Assembly: GCA_001643675.2 (NCBI GenBank)
Contig: LSRY02000076.1
Span: forward strand, 42,656 to 106,655
Length of the DNA stretch: 64,000 nt
Direction of reading: 5' to 3'
Source: Monocercomonoides exilis PA203
Lineage: Eukaryota; Protista; Preaxostyla
The translations under genes and the position numbers were made by a program. The notes below the pieces were generated by a model, which worked only from the letters and a program-made list of their open reading frames with translations, did not search any database and was not told the origin of the DNA. How positions within the stretch are numbered: position 1 is the first letter of the stretch; every line of letters begins with the position of its first letter. Shown in pieces: positions 51,223 to 61,077 of the stretch.

Positions 51223-53921
51223 ATGGAAGAGATGAATGTGATTATCATAAAAGATACAGATCTGATTGGATTTGTAACTATTCACCAGAGCGATACGATT
51301 ATTGTGAGCAGCGTGAATGGATCAAACGAAAAACAGTGTGGAACCAACACACTTCCATGTTATTCGATTGAGCATGGACTAATGCATTTGACTTCAGAAC
51401 TTATTAGTCAAATTCTTGTTGTGGAAGAGAGCGTAATTGGTGAAGAGATAAGTCTGAAGGAAATGAGTTTGAGCTCGAAGAGCAGAGATTTGTGTGAAGT
51501 TGAAGTGAAATCGAACATTGGAAAAACAAGAGAAGCATTGATGACAACAACTGAACAGTGTCATTGGTGAGAGTGAATTTTGTGTTTGATTCGAATTTCA
51601 TTTCTTTACATGAATCGCTGATCTCACCAGATGGAGGAATTCTTGAAATTGTGAATTGCTCATTTGGCTCAAAGCAACTGATGGAAGATGGAAATGAAGC
51701 TTTTGCAAATATTCCATTTCACATTATAAAAATGGAAAAAGGAGAATTACAACTTATGGAATGCAAGATATCAAATATCATTTTTCATGAATCGTCATTG
51801 CATCTTTCATCTTCTCTTCCTTCAGTGATTTATTTGTTTGAGATATTCAATTCAATAGTTTCTCATTCGGTTATTAAAATCATTGGATGTGGTCAATTAA
51901 CAATTAAGAATTTTAACACAGAAAACATAACAGATGAAGGGAATGAAGAATCATTGATATCTTGCCTGTCTCCGAAAAAGACGATACAGTTGACAAATTG
52001 CACAATGAGTGGAGTTGGTTCAAAGATTACAAAAGGGAAATTGATGAAATTGGAGAATTGTTTTCATGTGAAAATGGACAGTTGCATTTTTGATGGAAGC
52101 GTAAAGGAAAGAAATGAACAATATTTGAATGTGGAAGAAGAGATGTGCCAATGGTCTGGATCTGTTGTGGATGTTGTGAAGAGTTCTGTAATGATGAAAG
52201 TTTCAACATTATCAAATTCACCGGATGGTGGAATAACAATGAATGGAGGGGAGCTGGCTGTTAATGATGGAAGATTTGAAAACAATAGTCCATCAATTGA
52301 GGGATATTCATCACTGAGAAGAAACATCATTTGTTCTGATTCTGGAACATTGAATGTGATGAGTTTGAAAGGAGGAGATGGAGTGAAGGATAATTCGTCA
52401 TTGTGGATGTTGAATGAAGGGTGCAGTTTTGAAGGGATTGTTTCAGAATGGGATTCATCATTCTTCATTCCTGTTCTGGAGAGTGTGGAAGCAAAAGAAG
52501 AGACAAACAGAATGAAGCTGACATTCAAAGGATTGCTTCTTATTCCATGCAATCTGTCATTCTCAGTTGTGAAGAGAAAGGGAGAAGAGAAAGAGATTGA
52601 AAAACATGATTTTGATTCAAATGGATTCTTGTCGGAAAGAGAAGTCGAAGGAAGCGTTGCAAAGGATCTCATCAGCAGTTGTGGAAATGAAATGGAGGTA
52701 AGCGTTTCTGTTTTGTTTGGGAATATTGAATTTCCTTCATCAACACATTCATTCATTCTGAAGAATGCAAGTGAAACCGAACCAAAATGAGAGGAGAGAA
52801 TTGTTGAAGGAGGAAAAGAAGGGAAATCTTATTGGTTGTTGATTGTGATTGTGCTTGTTGTAATTCTGCTGATTGTTTTTGTTGTGTCAATTGTTCTGGC
52901 TGTTCGATGGAGAAAAGCAAAGAAAGAGAACAAAGATCTGAGAGAGATTGTGAACGATAACATCAGAAAAGATCCGAAACTGATCGAGATGATGACGATG
53001 GAACCATCTCCAGAAGAGCAGTGGAGGAGAGCTGAGAGAGAGGCAGAGAAGAAGAAGGAAGAGAAGGCAAAGAAGAGAGTGTATGAGAAAAGCTTGGGAC
53101 ATTCGGAGTCATCGGAACATTTGTTGAGTGAGAGTGGATCGACTGAATACATCCTGGGCAGAGACTCAGACAAGATCCCAGAATGGGCATTGGAAAAGGT
53201 TGATGAGAAAGAGATCGAGGATGAAACGAGAAAACGAACACCATCACCATCCATTTCATCCACAGATACTTCAGATACAGACACGACATTTGTTCGATCG
53301 GAAAGTCTGTGCCCAACCACCTCATCAATGTCGAATCTTGTGGATGCGATGGCCTGTTCGTCTCCCCATGAGAAGCTGATTGTGGATCTGAGGGATTCAC
53401 TGTTCATGATGTTACATGGGAGGAATGAGAAGAAGGAGATGGCGATTGGGAGTTTGAAGGAGAGAGAAATAACAGCTGCTCAGATCCTGTTCTGGGTGGC
53501 GAATGGGGCACTCCATTCATATCATGAAATCGAAAATGGATTATCTTCTCTTGCCAATTTCAGCCCACACATCGTGCTGTTCTCAGAACACATGGTCATC
53601 TGCATCGTGATGTATTCGGACTTATTGTCAGATGATAGTTCAGACTCATCATCCATCTCTTCATCGACTGTTGTGACATCTGCAAGTGATGATGATGATG
53701 AAAGTGACTCCCTTCCCTCATCTGCCTTTGAGGATGAGGGAATTCTCAAAAAAGAGTGTTTGAGGTGGAAGGCACCAGAACTGCTGAATGGGAAAAAGAA
53801 ACATGCGACGAAGAAGACGGTGGTGTTTTCGATAGGGATGATGCTGTGGGAGTGCCTGACATTGGAGATCCCGTTTGGGGAGTTTGAAGTGAAAATTATG
53901 GCTGAAAGCATGATTGTGTGA
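51223..53921 (+). pseudogene. cargo: 5'-truncated membrane protein with kinase-like tail
   Basis: CGTNTLPC module, TM LLIVIVLVVILLIVFVVSIVLAV, and RWKAPELL / VFSIGMMLWECLTLEIPF (kinase subdomain VIII-IX-like). Frameshift near 51560 and in-frame TGA at 52788-52790. Confidence 0.75.
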
Positions 53922-54607
53922 GGAGAGAGTGTGGTGGTGAAGTTGAGAAAGATGTGGAAACTACACACCGAATGAGGAAGTGAGTGACATGATGATGGAT
54001 GTGAATCTGGTGTTATTCAAGAGCATTCAATCGGACACAATTCTTTTGATGATGATTCGCGATAATAGTTATCACAGAGACTTAAAGCGAGAATGCATTA
54101 CTCGAGTATTTTCATATGCATCGAGTGCGGATGGAAAAATGGAGAGATGAAAAAGTTCTTTCCAAACAATTCTTTAGGAGAAAGACCTGAATGATAATGC
54201 GAAACAAAAGAAAATATGATTCTAATGTATATTTATATGTTTGGAAAAAATGAGAATGCAGTGATGAGTAAACAATTGAAACAAAACGAAACAGAAAACA
54301 AATTCAAACTTTTTAATAAATGAACGAAATTATCACACAGAATTAACGCTTTGAAATTATGCATTCATTATTTTAATAAGGAAAAACAAAGCTGTGATTA
54401 TATTTGTTTTTGATTATTTATTTGAGTTTTTTTTGTATATTGATTATGAAAAAATTATGCAAATTATTCAAAAAAATATATGTTTTTTATGTCAAAAAGA
54501 AGTTAAAAATCAAATTCCAAATGTGTGTTTTTTTTTTTTAAATTTTCCATTATAAATATCAAAATTTTTAAAATTTTGATCATCTGCAGAACAATTATAT
54601 CAAATAC

Positions 54608-55708
54608 ATGAGTGAGAACGACTTATTGGAAAGAGAATTAACTTTCAACGAGTTTATAATTCAATCAAACAACAAAAATCATCTTGCAGTTGAATTGCTA
54701 TCTAAATACGGATTGATAAAAAGAAATAGGAAATGTTGGAAATGCGACAGAACGATGGAGCTGAAACTGTACAAAAAAGAAATTGATTACTATGCATACA
54801 GATGTTCAAAATGTGGAAGAATTTACAGTTGGAGTTATGATTCGATATTCATGGAATTTCGCTTATCACCTTTGAAAATTGCATCTCTATTATATCATTT
54901 TTGGTACAAGCATTCAATAAAGGAAGTTTCTTTCGAGCTGAATGTTACAAACAAAACTGTTGTGAAATTTAATGAAAAGATGAGAAGAATATGCTGCTTT
55001 TTTGAAACGAGCAAAATGGAAAAAGTCGGAGACAATCGCATAGTTGAAATAGATGAAACTTTGATTCACAAAAGAAAAAATGGAGTTGGGAGATGCAGAG
55101 AACAGCAATGGTTGTGGGGAGTCATTGAGAGAAAGGAAAAAGGAAAGCCTCAAAAACTAATTGTTGAATTTCTTCCTGATAGAAAAGCAGACACAATTTT
55201 ATATTTCGTTAAAAAAAACATTGAAAGATCAGCAACGATCATGTCTGATAAATGGTCAGCTTACAATTGCATCAGTGAAAATGGTTTTACAATAGACAGC
55301 GTTAATCATACTCTTAATTTTGTTAAACCAGAAAATCCAAAGGTTTACACACAGACAATTGAAGGTATCTGGTCTCATTTGAAAAATCATATTCCAAAAC
55401 GAGGGAGAACATATATGAAAACTAAGGAATATGTTTACGAGTTTCAATTTAGATATAATAATCGACTCACTCCAATCTCATTCATGAAAGAATTATCAAA
55501 AATTGACAAGAGAAGTTTGGATGTTTTTTTACGTGCCTACGACGAAAGTGCTTCAAATATGATAAGCGTTTTGAATAAAGAAAGAAAATTCAAATTATCA
55601 TCTTACTATTTGAAAAAACAGGAAATGAAAAAAAGAAGAAACTATGAAATGGCTGATGAAAGTGAGCTGGATGAAGTATTGAAAAAAAAAGATTATCAAA
55701 GAAATTGA
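54608..55708 (+). CDS. Merlin/ISXO2-like DDE transposase
   Basis: Zn-ribbon CWKC...CSKC, HTH-like segment, VEIDET (D), IMSDKWSAY (D), VNHTLNFV, TQTIEGIWSHLK (E) and EFQFRYN. Confidence 0.92.
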   Translation: MSENDLLERELTFNEFIIQSNNKNHLAVELLSKYGLIKRNRKCWKCDRTMELKLYKKEIDYYAYRCSKCGRIYSWSYDSIFMEFRLSPLKIASLLYHFWYKHSIKEVSFELNVTNKTVVKFNEKMRRICCFFETSKMEKVGDNRIVEIDETLIHKRKNGVGRCREQQWLWGVIERKEKGKPQKLIVEFLPDRKADTILYFVKKNIERSATIMSDKWSAYNCISENGFTIDSVNHTLNFVKPENPKVYTQTIEGIWSHLKNHIPKRGRTYMKTKEYVYEFQFRYNNRLTPISFMKELSKIDKRSLDVFLRAYDESASNMISVLNKERKFKLSSYYLKKQEMKKRRNYEMADESELDEVLKKKDYQRN

Positions 55709-55759
55709 TTGAAACATATAAAACAGAGAATTTCAAAAGAAGAAAAAATTGAAGATGAA

Positions 55760-55921
55760 GAAGAGAAAGAAGAGAAAGAAGAGAAAGAAGAAAAAGAAGA
55801 GAAAGAAGAGAAAGAAGAGAAAGAAGAGAAAGAAGAGAAAGAAGAGAAAGAAGAGAAAGAAGAGAAAGAAGAGAAAGAAGAGAAAGAAGAGAAAGAAGAG
55901 AAAGAAGAGAAAGAAGAGAAA
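55760..55921 (+). repeat. (GAAGAGAAA)x18 minisatellite encoding (EEK)n in the frame that continues past the transposase stop
   Basis: Directly visible. ORF 55709-56200 begins at the codon after the TGA. Confidence 0.9.
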
Positions 55922-56749
55922 GAAGAAACTATCTCAGATTTAGAAACAAAGACTGTAAGAAAAAAAAGAAATATTAGAAACAGATCAAAAAATGGTAGAT
56001 TTGTGAAATTTATTGAGAATCAACAGATTGAAACTTTGATTCTTGAATCAAAAATGTTTTGTGAAAAAAAGGAAACAAAAATTGAGGAGATGGAGAAAAA
56101 AGAAAAAGAAAAGAAACATGAAATTGAAAATAAGCCAATACTCAGAAGCTTCATCAAATCAAAAGACATAGGAACGGAGCAATCTCCTATTAATTTGTAG
56201 ACAAATTCATCACTACACTTTATTTCACATCACATTTTTATAATTTCGAAATAAACTTATTCAAGAAACAAATGATGATTCTTTTTTTGTTGCTTGCACT
56301 TTCAAGACATGAGAAAAGATTCTTAACTAATTGTTGGAATTGTATTTATTGAACTGAAATTCATTCATTCTATTTGAATATCTATATTACAATAACGATC
56401 AGATTGAATACAATCACTCAACCACAATTTTCTCATTATCAAACATAAAGAAAAGCTGTTATTACAGAAAAGAATTGGAGGATCAAATTCTTTCCAAAAC
56501 AAACATTATCTTACTATTTACTGTTTTTTGTTTAACCTTATTATCATCCTCCACAAACTTCACTCTTCCTTTTTCTTTTCCGATCCTTTTTGCCTGTATC
56601 CACATCACTCTCCAACTCCACACACTTCCTCAAACAACCCAGATAGATATTCCACAACTTCCATGCACTGTTCCTTTCACAAACACAACTCAAATCAGTT
56701 CTCCTTTAAACATTGTTCTTTGATATTCCTCTCCTGAAACTGTTTTAAT

Positions 56750-58020
56750 TTCTCAAACTTCCACACACATACACATTCATTTTATTTTTTCATTCACAGA
56801 TCAACATCATCCATTAGCACTTGCACTTCTCAACTAAGTTTTCTTTTCTCCACTCAGCTCAATCTCCATTACTCCCCCTTCTCTGTTCCTCTCACTTGTG
56901 ATACCATCCGTCTCCAAGCTCTCCACAACCACACTCGAATGCACAGAAAATGGCACATTCTCAAACGATGCTCCACTGACAGAACAGTTCTGCACATTCA
57001 GCATCCACTTCAGCGTGCTCACAATCCTGTATCCAACAACCCCGCTCTCTCTCCACTCAAACCCCACATTCGACACATTCACCACCCAGCTTTCTGATCC
57101 CAGAACATGCTTTGCCCAGTTCCAAACACCTGTGGAAGACTTATCACTATCATCCTCACACCCAGGCACTCACCACTCCACATCACAGCTTCACATCCAT
57201 CGCTCTTCAGCTCCCATTCAACATGCATCTTCGCCTGCTTTGCTTCTTCTGCCTCAGGCCGACATATCATTGTTCCTCACCCAAACACAAAGCAGTCACT
57301 CACCACACATCTGTCGCTCACCACAACCTTCTGCTCTTCTTGCTCACTCTCTTCCTTCAGATGCCCAATCCCACACCAAAGCGTGCCACATGCAATCTCC
57401 TCTTTCCCACACCCCAGAACATCCATCCCGCTCCCTTCCGACACATGCACCTCATCTCCGCTGAACTTCACCAGAAACAGAAGCAAATCAACACTCTCCC
57501 TTGCAAATCTTCCATTGTCCCTCCCTCGCATATCCACTTTGCTCATTCTTTCTTCATCCACAAGCTCTATCTCAAACCATTTCGGAAGGATTGTTTCCTT
57601 AAAATCCTCACACATCACATACACATCTTTCCCTTCACCTACACTGCTCCATTCGAACACACAACCTTTCACAGCAAAGCAATCTGCCTCGCTCTCCCCA
57701 ACAACACTCATTAACATCTCTCCTCCTTTCTCTTCACTCCCCATTGCAGAGCATCCTTCAAATGTGCTGTTCTCAACAACAACCACCCCGCCTTCTGCAA
57801 CCTCACACTTCAATGCCCCTCCATTCACATATTCACTTATACACATTGAAAATATCGAATCGTTTCCCACTTTGCATCTATTCCCTCGCTTCTCATCAAC
57901 AGCGCTCCAGAATTCCTTCTCTCATCTGTCAATCCTTCTCCAACTTATCTCTATCTTTGATCGTTTCTCTCCAACAATCACTCATTTCTTTTCCCTCAGA
58001 ACCCCTCCTGCATAAAACAT
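56750..58020 (-). pseudogene. cargo: decayed membrane-protein family fragment
   Basis: GGALKC, GKDVYVMC, VDLLLFL and DVLGCGKEEIACGTL motifs, broken by stops and frameshifts. Confidence 0.6.
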
Positions 58021-58258
58021 GATTACTCTCATAATTACACTATCCATTTGTGTTTCTCTGCCTTTCACTCTCCTAACCCACGCATAAACTACCAAAGATC
58101 CACTTCCTTCCTCGCTTTCTTCTTTTTCAAATTTGGTATTTAACAAATTTTACTTCCCAAAAATTCAATTCTTTATTCTTTTTCTTCTCTGATTCACTAT
58201 GTTGTTTCACAAAAAGAGTTTTCGTTGCGTTTGTATCTTCATATTTTCTTCCTTCGCA

Positions 58259-59112
58259 TTAATAACTTTTGAATATTTTTCCACAATGCTCCACTTCAAA
58301 TCCACTTGATGAGATAAATATCACAATTGAGCAGTGTGGTACGATGAATATGAATAAATCTTTGTTTGAATGAAAATCATCACTTCCAACAAACAGAGTT
58401 TTGTCATTTGTCATTGATGAATAATCAAACTTGAACGAAGTATTTGTCACAGAATAATTAAAATCCTTTCCCTTAATGAACACATTCTTTCCAATAGCTG
58501 CATTGTTGTTTGCAAACGAAACACCTTCCAAAAGAAATGGCTTCTCAATCAAACAATTTTGACAATCCAAATACAAGAATCCACCTTTTCCTTTGCCTGA
58601 TGAAAGTGAACACGATGATACATTTGTTGATTTGATAACAAAATCTTCATTCCCTTTCAATATCACTTTTGCAACGCCTCCTTCATCGCTTCCAGTGTTC
58701 ACAATATTAGAAAAGTTGTTGCTCTCATATAAATCAGAGAAAGCTATCACCAATAGTAATTTGACAAATGCTGGCCCTATAAAACTGCCCCCTTGCAACA
58801 TGTAACTTCCACCGGATGTTGTTCTCAATGTATGTTGAATAATATGCTTTGATATTTTAACATCAAATATGTATTAAATTAGATGAAAATGTTTATATGA
58901 TGAACTCAAGGAATTTTGACTCTGCACATGTTAATATTGCATGTGATGTTGTAACATTCAATGAAAATATCGTTTCCCACTTTTGCTGTGTTTGCATTGA
59001 ATTTCATCCCCACAAATGCGAAATCAAGAAACCCTCTTTCATTTGCTGCAAAACGCATTCCATCTTTCATATTTGTGCAGTAGTTGTTGCTTCTGTAAAT
59101 ATCTTCTTGCAT
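58259..59112 (-). pseudogene. cargo: further membrane-protein family fragments running into the right TIR
   Basis: KGGFLYLDC, FANNNAAIGKNVFI, DLFIFIVP and FNANTAKVGNDIFIEC remnants. Confidence 0.6.
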
Positions 59113-59788
59113 TTAACATTCAACATTGATTCAGTAAAAAAATAAATAAAAAAATAATGAAAATCGTTAAAACATTCTTTAAATAAGTTAATTTATATGA
59201 AATTCACACTTTCATGGCATCAACAAAGCTTCTTTATTCATGATCATCATTGCGTAATATTATCATCCTCAAACTGCACAAAAATTTTCATCTTAAAAAT
59301 CATAAACAAAATTGATAAAGATTTGAATGATATATTGATAATTATACATCACACACATTAAAACTGTATTTATATATATGATTTGTTGTATGTTCGCAAA
59401 CGAGGGTTCAATTCTTGATGAAAGAAAGAAAATTCTAATTTTTTGGACATTAAAAATATAATTGTGGGATTGATCAAAATATTTAAATTTTTTAATTAAT
59501 TTTTTTAAATGTTTTATTTTTTGAAAAATCATAAATAAAATAAGAGTATATAATAATAAATGACCTCACAGCTGCTTATTATTTTAAAATTATCTTATTT
59601 TATCATTTTTATAAGAAAAATACCAGTGTTTATGGGTGATTTGTAAATATTGTTTTTTCTCAAGGATCAAAAAGAATTTCAAAATTCCAGTCCATACAAA
59701 TGTTTTATAATTAAATATACTTTTTATTTATCACAATGTTTTAAAGAATATCCAAGGATTGGGAATGTGCTTTAAATACACCTATGCC
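59033..59788 (-). repeat. right terminal inverted repeat (756 bp)
   Basis: Mirror of 50308-51063; paired coordinates sum to 110096. Confidence 0.95.
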
Positions 59789-59796
59789 GTTGCAAC

Positions 59797-59978
59797 TAAT
59801 CACAAATGGATCTTCTTTCAAGGAAGCTAGTCAAGCACTTGAAGGGAGATCAGACAACTGCTGTAGAGATAGAATCAGAAACATTCTTAAAAAACAGAAA
59901 AATCCCAACAAAAAAAGGGCTCTCACAAAATATGAAAAATTCAAAGCTTCTCATAGTGAGTTCAAAGAATCAAATTAA
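59797..59978 (+). CDS. displaced 3' end of YR-Myb 2
   Basis: Removing the element and one TSD restores KWTPEEDKILLQLITNGSSFKEASQALEGRSDNCCRDRIRNILKK...ESN* in frame. Confidence 0.9.
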
Positions 59979-61077
59979 TTTGATTAATGTTCACTCTTGA
60001 TATTTTTTATTTCATTCACTCATAAGCTGTTTTGGCTTTATCACCTTCTTACACATCGCAAGTTTTTGATGTGTAACATTACCTTTTTATTTGGTATTTT
60101 TATTGTCTTAAAGTTTTCATTGTTTTTCACATTCACAACGCATCTTATTTTGAGAGATATAAATGTTAATAATTAATATAAAGAATGTTGTATCATGTGT
60201 GTGTGTTATTTTCCTCAAATAAAATTTACATGTATGGGAAAAAAATTTTTTTCAATGAAACCATAAACAGTTCATTTTCCAGTTTTCAGCATTTTGGGTC
60301 TAAAAAATTTCACTATATCTGCAGAAAGGCATAAAAACGAGTGGTTATTGAACAAGTGTGATTTCCATATATACACACTTGAATTATAACATACATGAAA
60401 TTTGTGTAAAACAGTTTCGTATTCGTTGAGAATTTGAAAGATTATCAATGATGAAAAAAAATGATTCCAATATGAAAATTTTTTTTATTTTATTGTCATT
60501 TAAAAACATTTATTAAAATTTTTTGAAACATGATTTCAACTTAATAGAAGATAGACAATTGATATGTTTATTGTTTTTTAATTACAAGTTTGGATTCGGA
60601 GAATATGAAAATTCATATTTTAAGGGGGTCATCAATTACTGAATTTTGATGACAACAAATTTATAACTTTTATCAATATGATAAATCGTTTGAAAATAAT
60701 TCATTTAACTTAAATATTTAATTGTTATTTGATAAATATATATATTCATTTTGTGGAGCCCCAATCATAATTCAAAAAAAATTATGCAACATGTACAGTA
60801 TGACTTTTTAACATATTCATGTTTGTTAATTATCAATTATTTATAAAAATGTTATACATTAATTTTTATCAAAAATTTCAAACAAAATTTTCTGATTTTT
60901 TTTGGAAAAATTGTGTGATCTCCCCTTAATATGCACCAAAAGCAAAGGAGATACGTTGAGCTATCTCCTTCCGCTTAGCATATTCCTCTTGATTTCTGGT
61001 ATAAGACGGTGCTGGCAAGTGCGCACTGTGGTGGGTTTGTTTTATTTTTCATTTTAATTCTATTTTAAACTGTTAAT

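Larger units (their letters stand above)
50308..59788 (+). mobile_element. 9481-bp Merlin/IS1595(ISXO2)-type DNA transposon with long TIRs and cargo
   Basis: 8-bp TSD GTTGCAAC at 50300-50307 and 59789-59796, termini GGCATAGG...CCTATGCC, and a central DDE transposase. Excision restores the host ORF. Confidence 0.92.

Noticed and set aside
43746-55708. Genome-wide UGA reassignment, suggested by in-frame TGAs at 43746, 44223, 52788 and 55706 while intact genes end in TAA/TAG
   Set aside because: The 1372-, 1080- and 443-codon ORFs contain no TGA and use TGG for Trp. The TGAs are confined to mobile or decayed sequences, which also carry frameshifts and TAA/TAG stops.
60966-60990. Resemblance to the LSU rRNA 5' region (ITS4-like TCCTTCCGCTTAGCATAT)
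   Set aside because: Only a short imperfect match, with no flanking rRNA similarity.
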